From NCBI RefSeq assembly GCF_018977255.1, contig NW_024704743.1, forward strand, positions 87,174,001-87,238,000: a stretch of 64,000 nt of DNA, given 5' to 3'. The position numbers and the translations under genes are program-made. Shown here one piece after another: positions 1 to 13,429 of this stretch; position 1 is the stretch's first letter; each line of letters starts with the position of its first letter. Source of the stretch: Callorhinchus milii. Taxonomy: Eukaryota. Under the pieces are notes generated by a model, which saw only the letters and a program-made list of their open reading frames with translations, made no database searches and was not told the DNA's origin.

Positions 1-359
1 TTTTGAACTCTATCCTTTGCGGGTTGGGGAGCTAGTGGAACCAGCCGAGGATGGGGTTGATAGGGTCACAGTGAGGACACGACCTGCAGAGTTCTGGATG
101 ATCTGCATCTCGTGGAGAGAAGAGGTGAGAAGATTGACGAGCAGGGAGTTAGCGTAGTCAAGCCTAGATGTGATGAATGCGTGGATGAAAGTCTCGGCAG
201 CCTGAAGGGAGAGGCAATGTCTCTGGGTCGGAATGTGACCAAAGGCCCAGTCAAAGAGGAGGATCTTGAGACAGGTCTTGAAGGAGGCAAAGGAAGTACC
301 GAGGCAAAGGATCTGTGGGATGGAGTTCCAAAGGGTGGAGGCAGAAGGCTGAAGGCCCA
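1..359 (-). mobile_element. L2 LINE ORF2 3' fragments (two pieces in permuted order)
   Basis: Translation contains STLWNSIPQ...LLFD and AAETFIHAFITSRLDYANSLL...IQNSAGRV, typical of the L2 ORF2 C-terminus. Confidence 0.9.
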
Positions 360-2483
360 ATAATAATAATTATCAACACAACAATATTCTTCTTATTAAT
401 AATTATTTGTAATTAGTTCTTCTTTCCTATCAAACTCCAAATACACCATCCTACACTTTCTTCCTTCACTCCATCATCATTCCTGCGCTGAAATCAATAT
501 TCTTTGCCTTATCTCTTACTCAACCTCATTCTTTCCGAAGATGTCAAGACAATTGCTATCCTCGCTCCTTCTGGTTTTACCTTCTTATCTAAAACTATCT
601 GAATCTTTTATAACCAAAGCTTGGCGTAATTTCACTACCACTTCTTGGTTCAGCTTCTATTCTCTCATATCTTGTATTCTCAACCTTGGAAGGTTTTATT
701 GATTGGGATGTAATATGCATATTTATTCATATGCTAAAACACATAATTTTAACCTTGTATTAATAATGAGGTCAATTTAGCCATAAATTCAATATATAGC
801 ACATCAAATATATCCACACCTACAGGAAGCACGCCCCCACAATGTCGTTCTCAACCTCTTACGTTTAGCATCAAAAATACCAAACAAAAATAGGAAGAGA
901 TGTCTATCAAAAGCCACAATCTGTGAGTGAGACAACCAGCGCTATGGAACAGTTTCTTAGATTTCATCTTGCTGAGCGCATATTACATTCCACATTCGCC
1001 TACAAATACCCAGTCACTACACTTTCAGGAAAACTCTGAAGCGTTTTGAGATATTTTAAAATAATAAGGCACTATATCAATTGTAAGGAATTATATAATG
1101 CTGCTAATTAAGCTTTGGATTTGCTACATAACCTGGCAGTGCTCCAAAATAGTATCCCACATGAAGGGTGCTGTAAATGCTAGTTGTTTTTGTTAGAACT
1201 GCAACGAAGACCTTACAGTGCACTTCACATGAAGTGATACATTTTTCCTTTGCATTTATGTTACTGCAGCATTCATCAGTCTAATATTTGAAGGGAAAAT
1301 AACTGCACTTAATAATGATTTAGACTTCAATTAAGCAGCTAGCTCATCTGCAATGTTATATAATTCACGCTCCCAGCTACAATCAACATTTAGCAAGTCA
1401 GTGAAGACGATGAGTTTGGATTGCTGCAGGTCTAATGAAACACAATTATACGCTGACTGTGTTCTCTTATCCAAAAAAAATCAAAAAGCTCAACTTGGTT
1501 AAGCAATGAGATTGAGGGAACTTTATTTTTATAATTAAAAGAAACCAACTTTTGATGTTTTCAAGCAATTTCTAAATAAAATGAATTGACTTTATAACTT
1601 CATCATTAGAATGAACATTGCTTAAAATAACAGGGCTCAATAGCCCCGTTAAATTAAATTAAGATTCTGTTTAGTATCCGAATCAAAAAAATGCAGATTT
1701 TTACTTGCATTTTAACTCGGATCAAGTGGAATTTCATCTCCTTTAAGTAGTGGATAATTGTGCACCACTACAATCTGTGTAAAACCCTTTCCCCAATAAG
1801 TATTGTATTAAAAGCTTTTATTTGTTATTTTAAAAAGGCATTTATTTTCAATGTACCTCAGCCAAACTTGTTTACAATGGATTCCTTGCCAGATGCAGAA
1901 ACAAAGCCAATGCATTAAAGGGCAGAGTCAATTTCAAATAGTTTAAAAAAAGGATAGTAAGAATCAGGAAAATTAGAAAATATAAGAGTTAAAGAGGTGA
2001 AGACATATAACATTTCTAAAATGTTTGATTTTTATTTAAAAATTGTATTAGCTATTTTACTTGGTTAGGGTTAACTGTAAATCTAAAACAGTAAATCTAC
2101 CTGGATACTTGGGTAGCATTCTTACTTAAATGCAAATAATGTACAAGCATTACAATAATAATAATAACAATAATAATCCTTGAATTTGATATAGCACTTT
2201 TCACGTTTCTAGATGTCTTAAATTGTTTCATAGAATAGACTGTAAAGATAATTAACTGCATTTTTTGTGAGCGAAATTATTAGGACTTGTTTCTCATCGT
2301 AGAGTATGCCAATCACTTAGACACATTGGTGAATTTGTTGATGTGATTTGTTGCCTGAGCCTCTATTCTTTGTTAATTTATAATCCGTGATTTGTAATTA
2401 CAGATTATTTTTTCTTCATCTATATTTTATAAGCGATGCTGTCTAACCCTTTAACTCCTCTCACCATACCTTCCACGTAAGAT

Positions 2484-2614
2484 TATATCACCCACACCCT
2501 CCACACAGGGTCACATCACCCACAGGTTTCACACAGCATCAGGCACTCACACTGACCACACAGTGTCACATTACACATATCTTCCACACAGCATCACATC
2601 ACCTCCTCCTTCCA
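2484..2614. repeat. Degenerate ~28-bp minisatellite, about 4.5 units
   Basis: Recurring cacacag(g/c/t)..cacat.ac unit. Confidence 0.6.
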
Positions 2615-3995
2615 AGCTTATCCAGTAAGAAAATTGGAAACCCTTCACTAAATCTGACATTTGTTGACAAATGTTTCAAATAAAAAACAATCTTACAAAT
2701 ACAATATAGAAACCATCAAGATTAAATCAGTTTATTTCCTTTCAGTCCATATTATTTTGGCAATAGACCATGATAGCGAGAAAACATTTCCTCTCGAGGT
2801 AACATGTCACCACCACATCCATAGATCTGAAAGCCATCCCTCTGGGCAGATATCTGGCTAAACTGAAAGTGTCGCATTTCATAAATCATGTGCCCAATAA
2901 AGCCATGAATTGTAGTTCATCACAATGTTCTGTAGTACATGTCAGATGCCATGTTTAGTTTCATGATAATAATAAATTCTCTTTAATGCAGACATTTCTG
3001 GCTGTATTCCGGGAGCCAGCTGCAATTGATCAAACTTAAATGAGTTTGAGTTTTTGAATATGAAATTTTAGTCTTAATTTAACTCACAAATTAAATTCCA
3101 AGAACTCAGTAAGGGGAGAGGATAAATGTAAAGGACATATGGAGCGAGCAGAAGACAATGAGAGAGCATTATGTTGTGACATCAATTAAGTTGTAGGGAA
3201 AAGGTACAATTCCAGCCTCTAGTTTCAACACAGGGAGGAACTGAGCTAAAGCAGGCACTTCCTCAGAAAAGGGAGAGTGTGTGTGAATTACAATTTACTA
3301 ACTTTCAGTTCAGGTATCTTTCAGGTCAGGAGGACGTGTCAAAGCACTTCACACAGCTCACTGGGAGCCCAAGCTGGAAGGGGGAGAAAGGTGGCCGATA
3401 GTGTAGCCGAAAAGATGGTGCATTTTGAATGCAGGGAGGGAGAAGGCAAAGAGAGCCAGTGGAGTTGAGCAAGGCTGTGGTGATGGGCTCATCGAGTCTA
3501 GTGAGAATAATTATAGGAAAAGAAAAGATGATCAAAACACTCTGGGATATGGAGCACATGACAGTCCCGGAGAGATCTCTAATGTACAATCTAATGAATA
3601 TGTTGGGAAGCAGCTGGAGGACTGAAATCCTCCAATGGACTATCTGCTCACATGTTATGGATTGTGGCACTACACACAAAGCCTGCAGAGGGAATGCAAT
3701 TGCAAATTACAAAAAACAATTAAAAGCATTCCTGAACCTAAGCAGATGTCTTTAGCCAATTTCATCACACAATTTGGTTGATTGTAGCTGGCAGCCTTGT
3801 CTAGCTCCATTACTTACTTTTGACTTACCATAATGGTCAGAAACCAACTATCCTCTTCAAAGTTCTATGAAATAGTTATTCAGAAGTCCATCAAGACCCT
3901 GAGTTCAATTGAGGGGTTTATTTGGACAGACTTCAATTCCATTGCAGCTATTGTGCCACTTCTTCTTGAGCGGATCTTTTTTAGTATCCTACAAG

Positions 3996-4170
3996 TAATA
4001 CTAATTCTTGCATTTAGTATAGACCTTTCATATCAGGAGGATGTCCGAAAGCGCTTCACAGGATATACTGTAAAGTCATGCGACTGTGTGCTTTGTGGAT
4101 GATCGCGGCAGCCAATTGTGCACAGCAATGTCTCACAAACAGCCATGGAGTGAATGACCAATTTTATTTA
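3996..4170 (-). mobile_element. SINE 3' half (Deu-like segment plus L2-type tail)
   Basis: Reverse complement matches the 3' half of the SINE at 12509-12826. Confidence 0.85.
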
Positions 4171-4188
4171 GGGTGATTGTTGACCCCA

Positions 4189-4362
4189 AATAATCCAGTC
4201 AATCCACATCTGTTTGTTGGACACTGCTGCGCGCAATTGGCAACTGCATTTTGCCCAAATATAGAGTCAATTCACTTTACAATATCTTCTGTGAAGTGCT
4301 TTGAGACATCTTGAAGATGTGATAAGGTGCTATGTCAAATGCAAGGATTATTATTATTATAT
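4189..4362 (+). mobile_element. SINE 3' half (Deu-like segment plus L2-type tail)
   Basis: ctgtttgttggacactgctgcgcgcaattgg...aaatgcaaggattattattat. Confidence 0.85.
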
Positions 4363-4893
4363 CTTTGAACTTTTATTAAGATATCACCAGAGTCTTTTCC
4401 GATTGATCTTCCCAGCGGAGTGGATCAACTGAAATGAACCATGAATAAAAAAATCTTCAACCCAAATTATTTAAGCTTACAGTTCATATGAAAAAAATAT
4501 CCCCCCATTAATAGTTCACTAGTTCACTTAGATCAACACTAAAGACTTGTTCTTAATTTCCTGAGCTTGATTGCACTGCATTACAGACCTCCTGACTGTT
4601 ACATTCCTGCAGAGCTGTTTTCCCTCACTATGTTCATACAGCCCAACATAAAGTGTTTGATTTAAATCATAAAAAAAATCGCTACAGGTCAGAATCTGAC
4701 CTGCAGATTTTCCCAGCTCTCTCTGCTTTTGTTTCAATATCCATATCATTATCATTATCCAGGATTGCCCCCACTGGAAACTAGGCATGTATGGATATTG
4801 GTTGAGATATTCACTGGTAAAAGTAATAACTACCACAAATGGCAGGATCCAGCCACATAAAGTGAACATGTTTAAGATCATATACAACATTAC

Positions 4894-4986
4894 CTGGCCT
4901 TCAATAATGAGAGCTGTGATTTTCTAGCCATGAAAAGAGATGTTTCAGAAGGGTCAAAGAGGTAGATTATGGCAAAGGTAGCTAAC
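4894..4986 (-). CDS. Candidate 93-nt internal exon (LATFAIIYLFDPSETSLFMARKSQLSLLKA), gene unidentified
   Basis: Minus strand reads tttgtactttaccag|...ccag|gtaatg; open frame, length a multiple of 3; no homology recognised. Confidence 0.2.
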
Positions 4987-7888
4987 CTGGTAAAGTACAA
5001 ATGACAATATACAGTACAGCTAAGCAGAGTACAGTACAGCAAAGAAAGTAACATGTCAAATTCAATGTTTTCTTTCTTTTCCCCTCTCTCCGTGCTATTC
5101 TTTAACAGTATCATGCTTTTGTTTTATCCAATTACTTACAACACATCAACCAAACTTGGAAAAATGAATGAGAATCGAGCTGTATAGCCACTATTTTGTT
5201 ATTCCTCTCCCCACCTTAAAATAAACTGCTTTACAAATCTTTCTTTTGGCAATCATCTTTCAATCTTTCATTTTCTTGCTTGGTGTTCACCAATACCTTT
5301 TTTTACACACTTGGAGACATCCTTTTACATGAAGCATATGAATGCAAGGAGCTATTTTATTGATGTCATCTTGGTATGACATGGATGTCCTCCCGATTTG
5401 AAAGGCGATTTTATTGTGTTGTATGAACAACAATCTACATCACATTGTTATTCTGTATAACTCATCTGCACTATATATACATATATATATTTGTAATATA
5501 TTGCAAACGTAGTGAACGTGAGGTACACTTCAATGTTCAGTTATGATAATCTTTAATGAACAGGTTAAGAAATTTTTACATTCAGGGTAATAGTCTATTG
5601 ATAGTACTTGAAAAAATATTCTTGAATTCCCTACATTCTTGAGAGCCTGGTTCAATAGCTTCTTCAATTCTACTTGAACACAGAAAGAATAGGTAGTGCT
5701 GAATAAGAATAGTTCTTACATCTCTTTGCAAGGCTTGGGTAACCTTTGCCTCTTGCTGAATAAAGAGTATTGCGCAAGTGGAGAAGGCACCAACATGTGA
5801 GCATTGTCAATTGTACAGCACCCTCCTCCCCCATTTTACTTTTAAAAATTTGAACTTGTATCTGAATATACATGAATCAGTACATGATTTTGTTACACCC
5901 ATCAGTATATCATACAAACACACCCACTACACACACACACACATAGATATTATTGCTTTGTACTTCAAGAGCTTTTATCCCTAAATAACGACATTGTAGA
6001 GAAGGCCGAGAACTGCATTTGAATATCAGGCAGCTTTATTCAGGTCTTCTTTTCTGTCAGCCACTGTTGTTATTTATTTAGATAGTGGCTGGTCAGATAA
6101 ATGCTCTGTGCATGTGTGGAATGTATGATGCTATCATGCCACATATGTGATGACAGCACTACAATATGATGTCAAGTATGCAATAATAACATCACAGGTT
6201 CTACATATGCACAGCAATAAAAGTTGCTGGTGGTAATTGTTCAGCTAAAAGAAGCCATGGTAACTAATTGGCCAAAGGAAAGGATTTTTTTTAAAAAACA
6301 TTATTTTGGTGTTTCCAATTATTTTTAAATTGTTCTCCCTTTTGCCTATTGTCTGTGTTCCAGATCCCCAGCCTTTTCTTGCTGAAATGCAGTTGCAATC
6401 GCATTAGTTCCATTCCGGTTTTCAGCAAGTGAGCTTTGACAGAGTGTCGGAAAGCTAATGACATCTCCTCACCCGCTCTATCAGTAAGGGGCACTGATGC
6501 GAGGCCAGGAGCAAGAAACTCTGGCTGATTTTAACAACAACAAATGACATCCAAGGGCTCTGGGAAAGATGTCCCTAACTTTAACCAAGGGAAGGACAGA
6601 GCTATACAACCTCAACACAACCCCTTCAGCCTCACAAAATGAGCACAGACTAGGTTCAGCAATGAAGTTGTTTCAAAGGCAAAGAAATTCTAACGAGTTT
6701 CCTTATCAAGGAATCCAGTGCCTAAAATGACTTGTGATTTTAGGCTTATGACTTTTATCTTAAAATTTAAGAACATGTGAATTTTGGAAAAATCTTAAAT
6801 TTAGAAGCTTTTTTTCAGATTTTTAAAAAAAACTATGGTAAAATTACTTCCCAGTTCAAACAAAATTAACAATGTCCATCAATTAAAAATATTAGACAAA
6901 AGGTTCCAGGTTAAGAAAATACCACAAATTAAACCCCTGTATATTCCCCAAATCAATCGAGAACATAAATAATCTCTGAACAGATTTCACACTTTCATTT
7001 AAAAAGTTTATGCTGGAGACCTAATTATGAATTTATATTCAGACTTAAAATAAAAAGGCAGAGATGTGACTTCAGAGATGTTTGTGTTTGACTTTCACTT
7101 CACTCCTGCATTGTTAGCTTAAGTTAGATGCATAATGCAAGAATAATATACAACATAATGAAACTTTAATCATTTCTGTGTAAATGTCATGCTTATCTGC
7201 AGTAACAATTTCATAAAAGGTTAGTTTGAACCAGTTCAAAATAAACTATATATACAATATATATTTGATAAAGCATATTCTCCATGATGACACATCCAAA
7301 CCAAATCATATGAAATTTAATAACTTTTTACCATAAATTTTACTTAGAATCTGACCATCAAAACTAAGTATATGCAAATCTAATTATAACACATTTCTGG
7401 AACATCACATATTGGTTACATGTTATTCTATCCCAATAATAATAATAATATAATCCTTTTATCACATCTTTGAGATGTCTCAAGGCGCTCACAGAATATG
7501 CTGTAAAGTGAATTGACTGTATATTTTGTGGGCGAAACGGGGCAGCCGATTGCAAACAGTTGTGGATTTAAAATTCAGGATGTTAAAGCTCTGTCACAAA
7601 GGTTTTGCTAATCTGTAAAAAAAATAAGGTTTTCTGCATTTTTCATAAAGATTTATTGTAATGAAGTCACACTCGATTAATATTTGGTTTGCATTGTATT
7701 AATCTTCATCTTAATTTCGTGATGTACCAGAACAGATTAGTGTGCAGACAACATTCATAGTATTCTGCAGAATCATAAATGCCAGCAACAAAAATAATAT
7801 TCTGGTTACCTGCAGACAATGAAACCACACCAAATTAGTACAGAGACAATTAGAAGATGGGATTTACATATATCTTTAAATAATGGTC

Positions 7889-8690
7889 AAGTTTGTCTCA
7901 GTTGGTCGCACACTTGTCTTGGGAGTCAGAAGATTGCAGATTTAAGCATCACATTAGGATTTTAAGAACACACTCGTTTTCAAATCCCTTCATGCTCTGG
8001 CACCTTCCTACCTGCTTACCCCTAACTTCCAATCCGCTGCCTCCACTCAACTGGCTCCAGCCTACTGCATGTCCCTTGTGACCTCCGTTCCACAATTAAT
8101 GTCCGCGCTTTCAGCCCCTATGCCCTGAAATGCTCTTCCTCTATCCCTCTGCCTTGCCCCTTCCTTTCAGGTCACGCCTAAAGACCTTCCTATTCGACCC
8201 ACTTATGGTCACCTCTCCTTCGCCCAGCTTGGGGTCCTACCCCACCGCTGTCAAGCATTGTCAAGTCCTCCAGGACACTGCCCTGAGTGAGGGGTGCTAT
8301 ATAAATGGAAGTTGTTGCTGTTGTTTGAGCTCATTGTCTAGGCTGATGCTCCTGTGCAATACTTGTGTCAGGTTTGATAAGATTAGGTGAGAAGTTAACA
8401 ACTTACTGGGAATGAGCAGGATAAAAGCATGATCACTGAGTGAGGTGGAGGAAGGTGTTTGAAGTCAGATTCCGAACATGTATTTGGAAGTGATATTGAA
8501 TATTATAATTCGGAATGTATTTACAGTGTGGTTACATTTATTCATTTGGGGTCGTAACTGTTGGGGTGGCGCTGCATTACTTAAACTGCCAATCTTTCGG
8601 ATGAAACGTTAAACCGTCTTCTTGTTCAGGTGGATATTAAAGATCCCATGGCACGATTTGACAAAGAAGGGGATTTCTCCTTTATGTCCT
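7889..8690 (+). mobile_element. Old Deu-SINE (SacSINE1-like) split into three pieces by an L2 3' fragment (~7990-8325) and a ~195-bp insert (~8365-8558)
   Basis: Head at 7889-7970, continuation tgagctcattgtctaggctga at 8326, and tctttcggatgaaacgttaaacc...agatcccatggcac at 8590-8655 are collinear with intact copies at 12868 and 23262. Confidence 0.75.
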
Positions 8691-8735
8691 TTTGTTCTAC
8701 TGTCTCTGTACACCTGAAAGTATTGTTCTAATTTT

Positions 8736-9210
8736 ACTCAGCTTGCGTCCTCTCCTGCACCAGGCTCTGTGACCCTATCACCCCCACCCTGTCCTGCTCC
8801 AATAGCTCCCCATCCCCCGGAGGATAGAGTTCAAAATCCTCGTCCTTGACTTCAAAGCCCTCCATGGCCTTGTTTTCTCCTACCTCTGTGACCTGCTGAC
8901 CCTCTTTATCAACCTGTTCGCTCCCTCCACTCAGCAGGCTCTTGGGCGCTCCACATTCCCTGCCCCTCCCGTCCCATCATCAGTGGTCGGGATTTTAGCC
9001 ACTCTTCCTCCACCCTTTGGAACTCCATCCCACGGGTCCCTTCACCCTGCCCTCTCCTTTACCTCCTTCAAGGCATGACTCAAGACCCTCCTCTTTGACC
9101 GCGCCTTCAGCCATCTTCCAACCCCTAGCCTTCCTTCCCTCACCCCCCTGATCCCAACCCCCCAGTTTGGGTCCAAATTCCTGACAATCCAGCACCTTAG
9201 GACATCACCC
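8736..9210 (+). mobile_element. L2 LINE 3' fragment
   Basis: aggatagagttcaaaatcctcgtcc...ggaactccatccc...caagaccctcctctttgacc matches the other L2 copies. Confidence 0.9.
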
Positions 9211-9439
9211 CATAGCAGTTTTGCTCTGGAAGTAAACAGTGCACAAACGCCATAAAAGCTAAAGAAGATTACTGGATATTCTCTGCATAACTCAGACAGA
9301 TATAAATCGTTATCTACAAATAGGAAATGGTTAGAACAGCTACCTAAAAATGTGGAATTAAATCATATTTAATGTGGGTTTCCTAACATCTTGTGATAAG
9401 TATACATGATTTCATAATACAATACTGTACAGTACAAAA

Positions 9440-9862
9440 TTACATTCGTAAAGTGCCTTTCACGTCGGTAGGGCATCCCTAGGTGCTGAACAGTCAGGGA
9501 TTAGGACCTGGTGGTGGGGGGGTGTTGGGATCAGGGAGGGTGGAAGGCAGAGAGGGTAGGAGGGTGGCCGAAGGCACAGTCGAAGAGGACGGTCTTGAGG
9601 TATGCCTTGTAGGAGGTAAGGGAGAGAGTGAGATGAAGAAAATGTGGGATAGAGTTCCAGAGTGTGGGGGCAGAGAGGCTGAAGGCCTGACTGTTGATGG
9701 TGGAGCCAGTGGAGCCTGGTGAGGGTGGGTGTGATGGAGTCACAGAGCCTGGTGTGGAAGAGGACACGAACTGCAGAGTTCTGGATGATCTGCAGCTTGT
9801 GGAGGGAAGAGTTGGGAAGGCCGACAAGCAGGGCATTGGCATATTTGGGCCTGGATAGTAAT
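9440..9862 (-). mobile_element. L2 LINE 3' fragment with internal deletion
   Basis: YANALLVGLPNSSLHKLQIIQNSAVRV...RLHWL translation plus the L2 tail. Confidence 0.9.
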
Positions 9863-10102
9863 AACGTACTTGCACATGGCATTGCAACATTCCCAAGCAT
9901 AAATATATGATTCAAATAATTTTATATCCTTAGATTTTTCAGTAACTAAATCCATTAATACATTTGCAAAAAAATAGCTTTTCTTGGAGACTTTCTGCCT
10001 CAAAATACCTTAATAAATGTATTCAAATAAACATATTACTCCTATTTTCTGTTAAACAGTACAATTTGTTTGCTTTTAAATTTTAATCAACAGCATTTGT
10101 AC

Positions 10103-10761
10103 TTAATGGAGAAAGAGTTATACATTAAACACTGTGCATTCTGACATCCTCTCATGGACTACTGAAGGATGTTCTATTGTACGGAGCATCAGTCTTCTCA
10201 ATAATGTAATGTGCCTCATGTATTATAGTTCCACTACCCAATTATCTGTCTACAGTTTTAAATGTTCCACTCTCTGACTACATGCCTACAATCTGCCTGC
10301 ACATTCAATGGGAAGCTGGCCTAGGAAACAACAAAGGTTCAGGCAATCAACGCTTGCATTTCTTTCCAACATTCCTTCGTGTTTCGGGAGGACCTTGGAA
10401 TTGAAACTGCAATTTCTAGCCAACACTACTGAAGACAAACTAGCTGAACCTGACTGGATTTTCTTTCATGGTATTCTGAAATCAAACAACAACCATGCAG
10501 ATACCAAACACTTTAGTACAGTGGAGTCCATTTGTCCCAATTTAAATTCAGGATCAAAGACAAATACCAATCTAACACTATTGCACCTGAGAAATGTCCA
10601 AGGTTTAAGTACTAATTAAGAGTTTAATTGGTCAAACCTCACATATCCATTGAACTGTCACTAAATTGCATTACTGCCTGCACTTCTTTCATCACTATTA
10701 TTAATCTCGGCACAACATGTCAGAATGCACAGTGTTTAACGTATTACTTTTTCTTCATTAA
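10103..10761. mobile_element. Putative non-autonomous DNA transposon with 45-bp inverted repeats
   Basis: 10103-10147 matches the reverse complement of 10717-10761 at 41/45 positions. Confidence 0.55.
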
Positions 10762-10854
10762 ACCTCAATTACTTTAACATAGCGTAATCTATCACATGGT
10801 CTCCAGTAAACATTTCTTGCAGTGAATCAGATATTTGGGTCTGTCTCATAATAA

Positions 10855-11215
10855 ACAATAATAATCCTTGCATTTGATAAAGTGCCTTTCACGTTGAGAG
10901 GATATCTCTGTACAGTGTACTGATTGTATTTCTGTCGACAACACAGCAGTCAATTTGCACCCAGCAATGTCCACAAGCAGTCATGATGTAAATGATTGAT
11001 TTTATTAGGGGATTCTTGGCCAGGATACTGGGAGAAATTCTCTTCTTTTTTCTAATAGTGTTTAACATCCAGATGACCAAGCCTTGGTTTTTGATGTCTC
11101 CTCTGAAGGACGATACCTCCAGCAATGCAATACACCCTTAGCATTGTATTGGAGTATTAGCCTAGACTGGGAGTTCCAGACATGGAGCTTGAACCCACAA
11201 CTTTCTGACTCAGAA
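10855..11215 (-). mobile_element. Deu-SINE (SacSINE1-like)
   Basis: ttgaacccacaactttctgactcaga head (reverse complement) and aataataatccttgcatttgata tail. Confidence 0.8.
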
Positions 11216-12508
11216 TGCTAATCAGATCTGTTCAATGCTGGCAGCTAATTTATAGGTTAGGTTCCCAATCCATGTGCAAAATATGTAGATTGGATTAACC
11301 ACCTGTGAGTGCATAAAGGTACTCTTAATTATGTAATTAATAACCAATGTAAAGTGTGTCCACAAATACACAGTCACTGCTCTTAACAACAATTACATGT
11401 AAAGCACTTTGAAATGATTCAATGCTAAAGGTGTTTTATAGGCGTTATAGGTGAAGCATATGGGTTAGTTTTACTGTATTATTATTACAATGTAAATCAA
11501 TCTTCGATCACTTTTTCATAGTTAATTAATTAAGCACACCTGTAATTCCTTCTTTGCATGTGTTTTCACATGATTCACCCAACCTGCATGTTTTTCACAT
11601 GGGTTGTTAACCTGCTCCATAATTTAGACTCCCACATCTACAGACAATTGTCACTCTGTTGTGGAAATTGTAATCAATCCCGAATTCCATTTTCTCTCAT
11701 CCTTGAGGTGCTATGAGGGCAAAAGGCAAACAACAACGTGGATGTATATAACACCCTCCACGCCGGACGACGTCTCAGAGCGCTTTACAGTTTAGGATCT
11801 TGGGACCGAGCCAGGGGGAGGGGTGGGAAGGTGACCAAAGGCACGGTCGAAAAGAAAGAATTTTAAGAATTTTACACAGCAAGCCGTAATGTTTAGAATG
11901 TTGATTTGTTATACTTTCATTTGTTAAGTACTTAACAAGTATTTATTTCATATCTTCAAGCAGACCTGTTTCAAGGACATACAATTTATTTTCAAGCGCT
12001 GGATGCTTTGATAAAAAAAACTTTGGATGTGCTGCTATTTTGTTTCTGAATCACAATCTGGTTGGCTCTGAATTGTCACCACTGGATACGACTGTGATTG
12101 CATTGAGGGATATATCTGTGGCACTCTGAGACACTGCATTATATTTAGCTTTACTTTTACAAACTTTAAAAACTAGTTATAAAATGTTGTGAAGGGCACA
12201 ATGTAAACTCTTAATTAAGGTCGGAAATATATTGTAAAACTAATGAAGCGGAAGGGTTAAGATAGAATAGGTTAAAAGAATCATTTGTGTTTGCAGCTAT
12301 GTCCCTTGTAGCTATCCTCTCACTCACGCTGCAGGGAGCAGGGTAGGTTATATTCATGTGTATCATTTACAGGTGATATTGGTATATCTTTCAACTAACC
12401 ACAATCACATTATAAAAGTACCATTTTGTACAGAATCAGAAAATAGGTGCTAGTGTATTGGAATTATAAAGGACTTATGCACAAAGGTACTATAATAGTG
12501 TATTTTAT

Positions 12509-12826
12509 GGAGTCCTGTAGCTCAGTGGTTAGAGCACTCGCTTTGCAAGTGAGAGACCTGAGTTCAATTCCAGGCAGAGGGCGAAACCCTGGGCAAGTTT
12601 CCTTACTCCACACAGAGCCTAATAATAATCCCTCCAAAACCAAAAACAATAATAAATTGGTCATTTTCAATCTACGACTGTTTGTGGGACACTGCTGTGC
12701 GCAATTGGCTGCCGCGTTCGCCCACAAATATACAGTCAATTCACTTTACAGTGTGTTCGGTGAAGCGCTTTAGGACGTCCTCCCGATGTGAAAAGCGCTA
12801 TATCAAATGCAAGGATTATTATTATT
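12509..12826 (+). mobile_element. Full-length tRNA-derived SINE (Ala-TGC-like head, CORE-like stub, Deu-like segment, L2-type tail with (TTA)n)
   Basis: A box tagctcagtgg and B box gagttcaattcc; highly similar copy at 44074-44387; tail shared with L2. Confidence 0.92.
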
Positions 12827-12867
12827 TTGTATCTTTGGATACTTTTATATTTATCTCATATTTACCA

Positions 12868-13280
12868 GCCTGGCTCTGGGGGCTGCACACTTGCCTCAGA
12901 GTCAGAAAGTCATGGGTTCAAGACCCAGGTCGAGATTTTGAGCTCACAGTCTAGGCTGACAATCTATTATCGTGCTGGGACCACCGCATTGTGTCCTTTG
13001 GATGAGGCATTAAACTGAGGTCCCATCTGTCTTTTGCAAGTGGACAATAAATATCACGTGGCACTATTCAAAAAGAGAAGGGAGTTTCTCCTGGTGTCCT
13101 TCCAACAATCCCCCAGATAAAATTGGTCATTCACTTCATGGCCATTTCTAAGGTATTGCTGGGTGCAAATTGGCTGCTGAATTTGCCTAAAAATACAGTC
13201 ACTACATTTTACAGAACATTTGTGAACCACTGAGATATTTGACGTTATAACTATATCAAATATAAGGATTATCATTATCT
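12868..13280 (+). mobile_element. Deu-SINE (SacSINE1-like)
   Basis: gagtcagaaagtcatgggttcaag...ggatgaggcattaaactgagg...gtgcaaattggctgctg. Confidence 0.85.
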
Positions 13281-13429
13281 TTGATATCCCCTGCATTTCA
13301 TATTTTCATTGCAATTCTATAGTCAACAGACTCTTACTTTATGAATCAGACTTAAGCTACCAATACATAATAGGTATTAACAAAATGCAAATCTTCTGCA
13401 GTGTTAACACCTCTATTCCCCTGCTTTGT

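Noticed and set aside
12509..12585. tRNA-Ala/Val genes (also 36690, 44310-44387, 44960-45038)
   Set aside because: The partial cloverleaf continues directly into a SINE body in multiple copies, so these are SINE heads
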